This document shows, piece by piece, positions 51,640-63,457 of a DNA stretch of 64,000 nt (position 1 is the first letter of the stretch; every line of letters starts with the position of its first letter). The notes beneath the pieces are model-generated. The model saw nothing but the letters and a program-made list of their open reading frames with translations. It did not search any database and had not been told where the DNA came from. Position numbers and translations under genes: made by a program. Source of the DNA: Geosiphon pyriformis uo1 (lineage: Eukaryota > Fungi > Glomeromycota); contig JAAOMT010000494.1 of the NCBI GenBank assembly GCA_016748015.1, forward strand, positions 674,190 through 738,189. Reading direction: 5' to 3'.

Positions 51640-54087
51640 AGACCACAACAAAACTCTTTCTCTCCTAAATTTCATGACCACAAATAGAGCTAAGAGTAAA
51701 AAAGTTGCAAACGTTACTTTTCCTATAGTAACTAATAAAGTTTCAACACGAGAGGGTCTCTCTGTTATTGAAGCAGCTAGACAAAACGTTCTGGCAACAT
51801 TTCCTTTAAAAAATAATAGTAATAAGCTGCCTTTAGCGGCTTCTGGTTCATTTTCTTCATCTTTGGCTGGTAGTTCTTCCCCAGTCAAAGTTCCTTCAAA
51901 AAGACACACTCGGGTTAGTCCCAGTGTTGTCTCCACTACTTCAAAAAGCCCAAAGATTTTTAATAACAGGCCAGTCAACAAGTTGGTCTTTCCTGCTCTC
52001 ACCACTCTCACTATTACTTCTACTATTACTGCTTCACAAATGGCCATGAAAGCCAAAAATTCCAAAAAACAGCAGCAGGCAGTCACAACTGCTATGGTCA
52101 CACCAAACCCCTTTGTGGTTCCAGATGAGATCTTCAGTAAGATCTCCACAGCAGCAGCCAGCCCTATTCCTGATATGGATGACAACAGCAGCAGCACATC
52201 TCCCAAGATGGGCCAAGATCAACCACTGGCTGTGTTGCCTGATGTAGTACTCTCCGGCAGATCATCACCAATCCCAGTAGCAAAACAGTCCATCAATCCA
52301 GATGATCTCAAAGATTGAGCTGATCAGATAGAAATGGAATCAACTGTCTCCCCCCCAGTTTCTGGTGCATCTGATACTGGTGCTTGGGTGAATGTGAGTG
52401 GATGTCAAAGGTTCTCTGGTTGGGTGGCCTCCAATCTTGTATCTGGTACTACATTTAAGATCAAGATGGCTTTGTTCAGTTCTTTGTTTCAGTTGCTGTC
52501 TGGTTGTATTGGGCTTAAATCTGTTTCATGAGATGCTGTCAAGTTGTTTTGTGTGGAATTTGCATCTCAAGAGTGTCTAAATGGTGCTACCAAAGTGGCT
52601 ATTGGTGATGAGGTTTTTTTGACCACTCTTAAGATTGCATGGTCTTCAGGAGTGACCTCTGTTTCTTCCCCTTCTTTGTCAGTTGCACTGCATGATATAT
52701 CCTTGAGTACCTCGTCTAATGACATCAAATCTGCTCTTGGCATTTTTGGTGTTGTCACTTCTGTTAAGTTGAAGCCTGCTGGCTTATAGCAATATGCTGT
52801 GGTTAACTTTAAGAACATTTCTTCTGCTGCTGCTGCTCTCTCTAACTGGTCTGTGTTGGTCAGAAAAGATAGTGTTAGGATTCTTCCCATTGCCAACCAA
52901 AAGAAGGTTATCTCCTCAAGAGATGCTTTCAAAGCTAAGCTGGTTAATCTTCCATTTGGCTGCACTGCATTTGAAATAAGTGATCTGGTCTCCCAAGTTG
53001 GTGGCCTTACGTGCTTCATTCTCTGCTCCCCTGATTCCTATTGATGTCAACGCTTTGCTGTGGTGACCTTTGATTCCTTGGAATTTTTAAATGCTGCTGT
53101 TTCAAAAACTGGTACCTTACATGGCTGCCACATCTGGTGGGAAACTCCTGGATGTCATCACTGCCATAGATGTCAAAGTTTAGATCATTTGGCTGTGGAC
53201 TGCAAGATGTTGTCACCTCTCCCTCCCAAACTCTCTTCTAATTCTGCTGGTGGTCCTGTCTTTCTCAAGTCATCCCTTGTTGGAGCTAAATCCTACACCA
53301 AAGCTGCCACCTCTGTGGTTCCACCTATTGCTGCTGTTGCTAATACGGGTCTGGCTTTCAGTACATCCCCCAAAGTTGTGGGGCCACTGTTGCCGGTTGC
53401 CTCCTCTAGTTCAGATGTTGCTGTTAATGCTAGATTGGCTTCTCTGGAAACCCAACTTAGTGAACTGTCTTTGTTAATCAAATCTATAGTTGAGCCTGTG
53501 GGTTCTTTGGTTGCATTGGTTACTACGTTATTGTCTACTCCACCAGTTATGGCTGAGGCAATGAAGGAAAGTGTGATTGGATTGGGAAACCAAATTAAGG
53601 CTGTTCATGCTGTGGCTTCTGTGCTACAAAAGGAAGTGGGGACCCTCAAGTTGAGGAGTGGGAAGGTACAATATAACATATCTGATGATGAAGACATGGA
53701 TGATGATGATGATGATAATGATGATGATGGTGATGCTAAAGATTTTTTGGTCTATGATGATACATTTGATGTGATGATAGAGTTATGGGAGATTCAATCC
53801 TCCAATATCAAGTCCGATCCAGATCAGATGGCTAAGTGGATGAGCAGTCTTGTTAAGAGTAGTTATGAACTGGTATGCATTATGGGTAAGATGTATGAAT
53901 TAGATATGTTTAATACATTAGATAGCAGAGATAGTACTAGCATATAGTTAGGGCTTTCCACTTGTGGTTAGCTGCATCTTGTAATATGTATTATTGGGTA
54001 AGCTGGCTTTATGAAACTGCCACATTACTGTGGACTAACTAATAAATGACCGGTGTGGCTACACGTTAACAAAAAAAATAATAATAA
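51640..54087 (+). mobile_element. Complete ORF1-only non-LTR retroposon (HAL1-like), ~2.45 kb
   Basis: 13-bp TSD TAATAAGCTAACA (51627-39, 54088-100). One reading frame 51674-53947 (~757 codons, 4 internal stops) with RRM-like segments, CCHC 'CHRCQSLDHLAVDC', a coiled coil and an acidic tract. ~120-nt 3' UTR and an A/(TAA)n tail. No RT or endonuclease. Confidence 0.85.
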
Positions 54088-54712
54088 TAATAAGCTAACA
54101 GATAGCAAGGGAGAACAGAATTGTAGGATGATGGAAATAATCAAAGGAAATTCAATTTCAAAGAGTGAATTGAATAAGTATAGATTCAATGTGCGAGATC
54201 AGTCTCATAAAATATCTCAGTTACTATACTTTTCAAAAGATAACTGGGGAATCTGAAGATAAAGGAATAGTCTGTACTGTCAACAAATGATCATGCCTGA
54301 TATAATTCTATGTCTTACGTCAGTGCTTTTAGAATTCAATTTCAGGTATCAAATATACTCTTCAATCACGTTTTATTCAATATTCTTCAAATACTATACT
54401 TATACGTTTTAGGAAAAGGGTAAGAAATAACCAACAAGTAATCTTTTATTCCAAAATATTTGGATACTTGAAGGTAGGGAAAGAGAAATTAGTGATAAGA
54501 GAATGATTGAGATGAAAGTTGTTATTTTATTTATTCTTGATTATTTTGAACATATTTTTTTACAGCTAAATGATTCATTGCTTATATAGCTGTTAAAAGT
54601 GATCAATGATCAGGTCAATAATCATTATCTAAAAATAGAGTGGCTAATTTATATGACATCAGTGGCTAATACATGTGATAACTAATAAGAAGTATAAGTT
54701 TCAACCATAACA

Positions 54713-55279
54713 GTATACTTAAATATCTTATCTTTAAGACTACATGCATATTTAATTGAAACAGTCATAACTCCAAGTGTAATCTACTCTAAAGTTAGAA
54801 ATTTACTAAGGAAAAAGAACATTTTGTATTTGCATTAGATATAAAACAAGGATAAATTATTAATGACATGAATAGACTTCACAAGGAAGTACAGACAGAG
54901 CAACAGTGATAGAATTCCCAGATGATTTAAGATATTAGAGGCCACACTCATTATGGATGAATACAAAAAAATTGATATAGTTCAATGTAAAACATTGGAG
55001 ATATGCAAAATAACTAACCTAATATCAGATAATCTGGAAACAATGCAAAGAAACACTATTTACATCCAAATTCTTAACACTCTATTATTACAATAGAGAA
55101 AAGTATGAGATAAGTTGAGGCTCAAAAAAAAATTGAAATATCAACAAATGGCTCACTGGTAAAAGCTGGTTTTGGGGATGTTAGGGGAGCAGCTGCTTTT
55201 TAACACATAGAATAGAGGCCAACTTTGGAATAACAGTTGATGGAACATTATCATCAACAAAAACTAAGGCAAAAGCTAT
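54713..55279 (+). mobile_element. Degenerate fragment, possibly the LINE ORF2 post-RT region
   Basis: 'LLMT*IDF...DRIPR*FKILE' resembles the 'LLTW..GRIPRWF' linker that I recall from fungal non-LTR RT/RNase H proteins. Many stops. Confidence 0.35.
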
Positions 55280-56580
55280 TGTTACTTATAGAATATATGA
55301 AATATATTAGCATATAAATTAGCCAATCAGAAGTAGCCATAGTAAATGTGGAATTCCAGGATTCCTCTCAAAGGAATTGCAAGATTCCAGGAATTTCAGA
55401 ATTCTCGTACAAAGAATTGCAGGATTCCTCTCAAAGGAATTGCAAGATTTCAGGAATTCCAGAATTTTGGTGTGAAGAATTGAGGAATTGAGGAATCTCA
55501 ATTATGTATATATATTGGTAGCATTAGAAGTAGAAAAAACAGATCTCTTAGTTTAGATTTGATCTAAGCAAGCTTTCTATTCACAAATATCAATAAATAA
55601 TTATTTGCTATCTAAATTCACTCTCTATTATCAACACTTCATGTTGATAGTAATTGACACTTAATCACACTAGAACAATAGCTTTTGATTATGACTATTG
55701 ACGGAATACTAATTTGCAACCATCTTGGCTCATTTTCTTATTTTCTTTTATTTCTTTTATTTTCTTTGTTATTCTTTTGTTTTACTAATTGATTAAGGAT
55801 TAAGTACTGAAGTTATTGATGTCATAGATAGCCTGATAGAATTATATATATATTAACAGATAGCTTACCAGAAGAGCATGACTGCCAGAATAAATCCGGC
55901 CACCAAGCTGAGAAAGAAATTGGGAAAACAACTTACTAATAACAACAATAGCATTATTAAATCTCTGTCCATTATACAAAAAACTCCACAACAAAACCTT
56001 CAGATCAACAAAACCTTCAGAAACCAACATAACTATATTAATTAAGCACCAAGTTGTGGATTTGTTATTTGATTTGAGACACCAAGTAATCACCTGTAAC
56101 ATTTGGTGCTTCCTGTAAGATATAATCTTACAGAGAACCAGTACCAACAACCCCATTTAAACAGTGGCAGAATCCAAAGAAATAGGAACAACCCATTTGG
56201 GATTTGCAAAATCTTTATTTCAACATTATTATATCCATCTCAGATTAACAAATAATAGTTGGCCAACAGAATCAGCTTTTAATTGCTATGTTAACAAGAG
56301 AATCATATATTATTTAAGAGGCCAAGGAGATCCAAAATCCATCTTTAACAATTTTTTCAGTAAACTACTCCAAAGCACTACCCTTCTGCAAAACTATTTA
56401 TTCACATCAATAATCACAGAAATAAACAGGGAAATTGAAAAATACACCAAACAAAGATTTCCTATCATGTTTGCTAACAAAGAAAAAGGAAGACTATAAA
56501 CACCAACAGGAACTCCAAAGCAAATTCAACTACCCAATTGGAAGAAACAAAGATTTAATTCACCTGTCAATCCATTTTAT
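55280..56580 (+). mobile_element. LTR family B, 5' part: LTR, PBS and gag N-terminus, interrupted by copy 7
   Basis: LTR 55280-56101 (TGTTAC...GTAACA), PBS TGGTGCTTCCTGTAAGA at 56104, ORF 56164-56499 following the PBS. Confidence 0.8.
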
Positions 56581-59366
56581 TGTTACAGATTGGAGTAACA
56601 AGCTAATGGATAGCAAGAGAGAACAGAATTGTAGGGTGATGGAAATAATCAAAGGGGAATTCAACTTCAAAGAGCAAATTGAATGAGTAGGAATTCAATG
56701 TGTGAGATTAGTCTCATAAAATATTTCAGTCACTGTACTTTTCAAAGGTAACTGGGGAATCTGAAGGTAGAGGGATAGTCCATACTGTCAACAAATGATC
56801 ACACTTGGTATAATTCTATGCCTCACGTCGGCGCTCTTAGAATTCAATATCAAGTATCAGATGTGCTTTTTAGTCACATTTTATTCAATAATCTTCAAAT
56901 ACTACACTTATATGTTTCAGGAAAAAGGTAAGGAATAACCAACAAGTAATCTTTTATCTTTAAGATGTTCAGATACTTGAAAGTAGGGAAAGAGAAATTA
57001 GCAATAAGAGAAGGATTGAGATGAAGTTGTTATTTTATTTCTTTTTTTTCTTTGATTCTTACATACTTTTCTACAGCTAAAAGATTCATTATTTATATAG
57101 CTGTCAAAAGTGATCAATGATCAGGTCAATGACTAGGTCAATGATCACTTACTAAAAATAGAGTGGCTAATTTATGTAACATCAGTAGCTAATACATGTG
57201 ATAATTAATAAGAAGTATAAGTTTCAACCGTAACATCATCCTTTCCAAAGAGATTAAGCTCCAGCAAAATTAAGCTATTTATGGTGTAATCTATTGGAAG
57301 GGTTTTATCTAACTCAAAGCTAACTAATTTGTTGAAGTCTTTTGTGGATAAGGTATATAACACTTGAGGTGAAATGAGTTTTGTATCCAAGAGACCAAAT
57401 CTTTGTATTAGAGTTTTGGCTTTTTTAGCAATAGTTAAAACTCTTAGGACATCTAACCATATAATGCCCAAAATTTCTGCTTGTATTTCAGAAGTTGTTT
57501 TCTTTATGAGCTTCATGTTTTCTATGATTTCACCAAGGTGACCATAGAGTTCTAATTGTCTTCCATATGACAAGTTTTTGTCTATGGGCAAGATTTCCTC
57601 CAATTGTGATGGAAGGTACAAGTATTGCTGCTGTTATGCTTTCTAGCAGATACTTATCCATTTTGCTACCAATTTTTTCTCTTCTGGTAGTAGTTTTCTT
57701 TGGTCTAATAACAGTATGTGTTCCACTGTTATCAGTTATGATGGTTTGTTTTCCAATGGTCAGAGTAGCATTTGGATAGTTTTTGATCCAATACTTATGG
57801 AGAGTATAGAAGGTGTTTTGAATGTTTTGATCCAAAAAATAATTGTTCATGTCGATTGAAGATACCTCTGTTTTGGGAATGGTGTATTTATTTATACTCA
57901 ATTTTTGCTGATCATTTGAGTCAGTATTATCACAACAGGCAACCAATCAGGTTGTTTATGATATTTCTTGAGTCGTGTACCATGAACAGGATGATCATTG
58001 AAGATTGTTCCGGATTGATCTTGAAGAATATAAGAACCATTGTTCAAAACTTTGTTGACTATAAAGGGTCCTTTCCACTAGCTAGAAAATTTATCACCAT
58101 AAACATTGTCTCTGTCTGAACGGTATTCTAGTACCAAATCACCAACATTTAAAGAAAGTGTTTTATAGGTTTTCTTTTTCTTAAGCTTTTCTTGAAACTG
58201 TTTTATCTTTTTAAAAGCAATTATTTGTGCTTCTACCAAGGAGTCAAGAATGGTACCAAGCCTTCTTTGCAAAATGTCTTTGTAATTCCCTATTGTGATT
58301 TCTTCAAAGGGTATTGTCTCAATATCAATTTCTATTGGTAGAGTTGCCATTCTTCCATAGAGCAGGTAAAAAGGTTCATAACTTGTTATGTCATGATTCA
58401 CAGTTTTATAAGCAAACAAGGCTGAAAGCAGTACTTTGTCCCATAGGTTTGTTTCTTCACTGGTTTTGGCTAAGGTTTCACATAGTGTTCTATTGAAACA
58501 TTCCACTAGGCCATTTGTTTGAGGGTGGTAAGGGGAAGAAAGTTTATGACATATTCCCATTTTCCTGCAGAGTTCTTCAACCAGAGTACTGAGAAAAGCT
58601 CTTCCTCTATCAGATAAAAGTTCCATGATGACAAATGATATCTTCATAAATGAAATTGGCTATTGAGACTGCTATTTGGTTTGGGGTGGCTCTTGCTTCT
58701 ACCCACTTTGTAAGATAGTTGGCAGCTGTGATAATATATCTGTTGCCATCAGAAGTTATTGTTAAAAGTCCAACAACATCTATACCAATTCTGTCAAAGG
58801 GTTGACCAACAGAGATTGGATGGATATCTTCTTTTCTATTGGGTATGCCTCTTCTTTGGCAGATGTCACAGGTTTTGATGTATTCAGCAATGTTTTTTCC
58901 CAAGATAGGCCAATAATAGTGAGCTAAAGTTTTCTGTATTGTCTTTGTTTTTCCAAAGTGTTCAGCTAATGGATCAGTATGCATGTTGTAGGTTACAATT
59001 TCTCTTTCTTCGAATCTTATAACTCTCTGGGGGCAGTCAGGATCTTTTCTGTTTCTTTTGTATAATTGGTTCTGGTGGATCAAATAGAAATTTGATTGTT
59101 TGTGCAAATGTTTTCTTTGTTGTCGAGTGTAGTTTGGTGGGTATTGTCCTTTACCCAAAAATTCCATTAGGGCAGAATAGTTGTCCAAGTCCATTATCGT
59201 GTTTGTTTATGAGGAAGTTACTAATAATTAAGTTGGTTTGGTTTGAGAGGTTGTATTGTCACTGGATGGTAAGTCTAGAGAGAGCATTGGTGTTTTGATG
59301 ATTAGCTCCTTTGTGGTGTTGAATATCATAGTCAAATTCATCCAAGTGAAGTATCCAGTGAGTTAT

Positions 59367-60398
59367 CTATTTATGTTCCAGATTCTTTTTATTGCACAGC
59401 CAAACCAAGGCTTGATGATCTGTTACTACCAGGAATTTGGCACCAAGAAGATATTGGTCCCAATAGCTAGTAGCCCAGACTACTGCTAAGCATTCTTGTT
59501 TAGTTACTGAATAGTTCTTTTCTGCTGGTGTGAGAGATCTACTGGTATATGCTATAGCATGTTCTCTGTCATCTTCATTTTTTTGTAAGAGTACAGCACC
59601 AAGTCCATAACCAGATGCATCAGTATGAAGGATAAAAGGTTGGTCCAGGTCAGATTGTTTAAGGATTGGTTCAGTAACAAGTTTTTCCTTCAGAATTTCA
59701 AAGGCTTTTTGCTGGTGTGTGCCCCAGTGGTAATTGACATTTTTCCTGAGTAGCTGGTTGAGAGGAAAGGCAATTTTGGAAAAATTCTTGATGAATTTGC
59801 AATAGTAAGAAGCCAAACCAAAGAAAGAGCATAGTTCAGGAACATTCATTGGTTGTCTAATGTTTTGAACTTTTTCAACTTTGGCTGGGTCAGAGAAGAT
59901 TCCATCTTTTGTAATAAGATGACCAAGAAACTGGGTGGATTGGCATCCAAAGAAAGATTTGATTGGGTTGATCTTAAGGCCAGCATTCCTGAGCAGGTCA
60001 AAAACCTTTTGCAAATATTCAAAGTGTTCATCCCAGGTTTTTGAATATACTATTATGTCATCCAAGTAAACCAGAACAAAGTTTTTTTTTACTGATTCAA
60101 ACACTTTATCCATTAGGCATTGAAAAGTGGGAGGAGCATTGGTGAGACCAAAAGGCATGACTGTGAATTCATAGGTGCCATACTTGGTGATGAAGGCAGT
60201 TTTTTTTCTGCTTTCTGGATCTATCTCTACTTGCCAGAATTCAGCAGTTAAATCAATGGTTGAGAAGAAAACAGCACCATTGAATTTATCTAACATTGCA
60301 TCAATTTTGGGGAGTGGGTATATGTCTCTTATAGTGATAGCATTTAATTGGCAGTAGTCAACACAGAAGCGTAGGGTTCCACCTTTCTTGGATACCAC
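59367..60398 (-). CDS. Reverse transcriptase and RNase H of Pol, copy 7
   Basis: 'LRFCVDY', 'MPFGLTNAPPTFQ', 'VYLDDII', '[16 protein letters not shown]', 'ECLAVVWA', 'VVTDHQAL'. Confidence 0.9.
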   Translation of the reverse strand: MVSKKGGTLRFCVDYCQLNAITIRDIYPLPKIDAMLDKFNGAVFFSTIDLTAEFWQVEIDPESRKKTAFITKYGTYEFTVMPFGLTNAPPTFQCLMDKVFESVKKNFVLVYLDDIIVYSKTWDEHFEYLQKVFDLLRNAGLKINPIKSFFGCQSTQFLGHLITKDGIFSDPAKVEKVQNIRQPMNVPELCSFFGLASYYCKFIKNFSKIAFPLNQLLRKNVNYHWGTHQQKAFEILKEKLVTEPILKQSDLDQPFILHTDASGYGLGAVLLQKNEDDREHAIAYTSRSLTPAEKNYSVTKQECLAVVWATSYWDQYLLGAKFLVVTDHQALVWLCNKKNLEHK

Positions 60399-62149
60399 TA
60401 CAACTGGGAAAGCCTATTCACTCTTTGTTTCTTGTATGAATCCAAGATCTTTCATTCTGTTTATCTCTTTCTTAATAAACTCATCATTATGACAATTGGA
60501 TTAATAAGGCTTCAAAGGATGGGACAAGTTTCTTTGGTAGTGATGGTGTGTTGTATCACATGGGTTCATCCAGGAGTATCACCTTCTTTTGAGATAACTA
60601 GCCAATAGGTTTTCAATATCTACTTTTCTTTCTTCTGGGGAAGATTCTCTTTGTTCTACAACAAGTAATTGGATCTCAGGTGGTTTATTCTCAAAGGACT
60701 TCTGTACTTCTTTTATTTCTTCCCTGGGTATTAAACTGATTGGTTCCCAATCTTTGTAATAGATTAGGCAGGATTTGCATTCATCATTTGGTGAATACAA
60801 AGGTTTATTGCACCAGCATCTGGCACAAGAGCCATGCCACCAATAGCTGTATTTGGCTTTCTTGTCAGGCTTTTGGTCAAAGGTTCTTCTAAGGATATCA
60901 TAATAGGACCAACAGATTAGCTTGCCATTTACTATGATTCCTTCTTTATCTGCTTTGATATTATCTAATGGTTTGCCATTGCTGGTAAAGATGGTGTAGG
61001 CAAGTTCAGCAGTTTCTTCTTGTTCTTTTTGTTCATCTTCTTCATCACTTTCTTCATCATCTGACTCATCTGATTGCTCTTCTTCTTGGCTTTGTTTGGG
61101 TACTGGAGGAGTTGTCTAATGGCAACACTTAACCACAATGGGTTTCTCACCACATCTGATGGTCAATTCACAGAGTTCATAATCAAGCTTTCTTGAGCCA
61201 TTTATTGCCAACTATTATAGTGTATTCTTTTGCTTCAGATACTTCCATGTCAGTTTCAATACTAATGCCATTGATTCAGACAGGAACAGCTTTGGCTATG
61301 CCCAGACCTTTCTTCTTGTCACCATGTACATTAGTCATCAGTTGTGTGAATGGTTCATCAATTTTTCTGCCAATTGCTTCTAAGAAGTGTTTGGCAATGA
61401 CACTAACAGATGATCCACTATTCAGGATTAAATCAATGAAGTAACCAGCCACTTGGGCCTTACAAATAAGAGGTGACATTGCTGTTGTCAGCAAGTCCAG
61501 CTTGGTGTGGGTGTTTGTTGGTCTTTGGTGTCTTCTTTTTTGGTATCAATGATTTGTAAAGATCTTTTCTAAACTGTGGATGGGTCATTAGTTGGCCAAA
61601 TGTAATGTGTGCTGGGGTTTCCATGAGATTTTTAACAACAGAATAGGATCCAGATTTTTGTACAATTTCTGGGGGTTCCAACTTTGGAGGATTCTTAAAA
61701 ACTTTAGCCTTTGGTGACTCATTGTTATCAGTGGCAGAAGTTGAGGCTTTGTTGGGGTCTAGAACGAAATCAACCTTGGCTTTCTTCTTCTTTTTGGTTG
61801 ATTCTGAGGTATTGATTGCCAGTTCATCTATGTCATGGTTATCATTAGTTAAGTTGAAAGTGAAAAAGGGGTTTTCTTCTGTTTGGCTTGCACTCTCACC
61901 CTTTGGAGGTGTGCCTACCAGTTTAAAGGCTGATAAACTGTGGCTTCTACTAGGGGATCCTCTCCAAAGAAATTGATGTTGGCATGATTAGGTCTTTGAT
62001 TAGGAGCATTGTTGTTGATAGGTCTGTTGTTTTGATTGTCATTGTTTTTAGGAACTGAAAGGATTGTTGCGATCTCTTGAGAAGTGTCCAGTTAATCCAC
62101 AACAGTAGCACACAGGTGGGCCACGATTTTGTTGTCTTTGATAAGGGGG

Positions 62150-63457
62150 CTATTGGGGCTGATTAAAGTGTGGCTCAAATCTAGGTCTTTGTAGTTGTTG
62201 ATTTTCTCTGACTGCTTGGGCTATGGGTTCCAATAGCTGAGCAAGATTGGCTGTAAGTCTATCTATTAATTGTTCATTGAGATCTTGAGTCTGGGCAGTA
62301 AAAAAGGTAGCAGCCATTTGGGGAGCAGGAGCCAAAATAGAAGCAGGAGTAAAGACTGGAAGTGTGGATCCCAAATGCATTCTTTGGTTATCTTCAATCT
62401 TTTGAGCTAATTCAATGGTTATATCTATTGTAGAATTGTCTTTGAGGGCCAAGAGAGGCCAGAGAGCATATGATAGATCAGTTTTCAATCCTTTTGTGAA
62501 GAAGTAAATCTTTTGCTCTTCTGTCCAGTTTCTCCCAGAATCTACATGTTTGATTAACTTTCTGATAGCTTTGGCATATTCAGTCACTACTTCTCCAGGG
62601 CCTTGAGTTCTTCTTTCCAGTTCCATGTGCCATTTGGATATTAATATTGGGGTTCTGAATTTTGTTTCAAACTGGGTAGTGGAAGAGGTGTTGTCTTCTC
62701 CAGCATTTGCCAGTGCCCATCTAATGATTCTTTGATGAATATTGGCATTGGTTTCTTGTGAAAACCAAGTAGCAGGAGAGCCTTGGAGGTAGCCACCAAC
62801 AATTTGAAACTTGTATTTATTATCATATTGGTTTGTTGTGGCAGCTCTCTCAAAATCATCCAGCCATTCGATTGGATTTTGGGTATCACTTCTGAATAAT
62901 AGTAATGGGGTGTTGTTTCTTCGCCCTAAAGCAGTCTGTATATCTTGGAGGGCAATCAGAATGTTTTGTTGTAGAGGGTCTTGAGCCATTGGTTCAGGTG
63001 TAACTGTTTGTGTGGAGTGTTCTGATTCACTTGAAAAGAGATCAAAAACAGGAGCAGTTTGATAGCTTTTTTCTTCTGTTTCAAGAGGAGTTTCTGTTGA
63101 TTGATGGACAGCAATCCAAATGTGGATTTGATGATTCAGATATTCGAGATCAGGAGGCTGTTGTTCAAAGGTAGTAAAATATAAGAGCTGATTGATACTG
63201 TTGTTTCTTTCTTCAAAGTCATCTTCAAAATAAGCTTGGTCAAAGTAATAAGTTGTATAAGTTGTGTAGATTTCAGCTGAATGCTTGTTCAAGAACCAGT
63301 TCCAAAAATCTTGGAATTGTCTGCTGAATTGTTCTTCAATGGGAAAGCAAATCAAGCAGGAGGGCAAAGGATTGAGTTCAATAAAGTCTAGATTGTTTTT
63401 GTTGTGTGCTTTAAAGTGTTCTTCTGATTGTTGTAGCAGATATGAATAATCACCCAT
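62150..63457 (-). CDS. Gag of family A, copy 7 (premature stop before the zinc knuckle)
   Basis: 435-aa ORF right after the PBS, with a retrotransposon capsid-like region 'PIEWLDDFERAA' and 'RTQGPGEVVTEYAKAIRKL'. Confidence 0.88.
   Translation of the reverse strand: MGDYSYLLQQSEEHFKAHNKNNLDFIELNPLPSCLICFPIEEQFSRQFQDFWNWFLNKHSAEIYTTYTTYYFDQAYFEDDFEERNNSINQLLYFTTFEQQPPDLEYLNHQIHIWIAVHQSTETPLETEEKSYQTAPVFDLFSSESEHSTQTVTPEPMAQDPLQQNILIALQDIQTALGRRNNTPLLLFRSDTQNPIEWLDDFERAATTNQYDNKYKFQIVGGYLQGSPATWFSQETNANIHQRIIRWALANAGEDNTSSTTQFETKFRTPILISKWHMELERRTQGPGEVVTEYAKAIRKLIKHVDSGRNWTEEQKIYFFTKGLKTDLSYALWPLLALKDNSTIDITIELAQKIEDNQRMHLGSTLPVFTPASILAPAPQMAATFFTAQTQDLNEQLIDRLTANLAQLLEPIAQAVRENQQLQRPRFEPHFNQPQ

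Larger units (their letters stand above)
36204..54712 (-). mobile_element. Ty3/Gypsy family A, copy 5: hosts three nested insertions and an internal inversion
   Basis: 3' LTR 36204-36951. ORF3/IN is split by a solo LTR (37235-38056) and by copy 6 (38799-46348). Segment 46629-50366 is inverted. Gag 51570-50367, PBS ~51588-51605. The 5' LTR 51612-54712 is split by an ORF1-only element. Confidence 0.88.
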
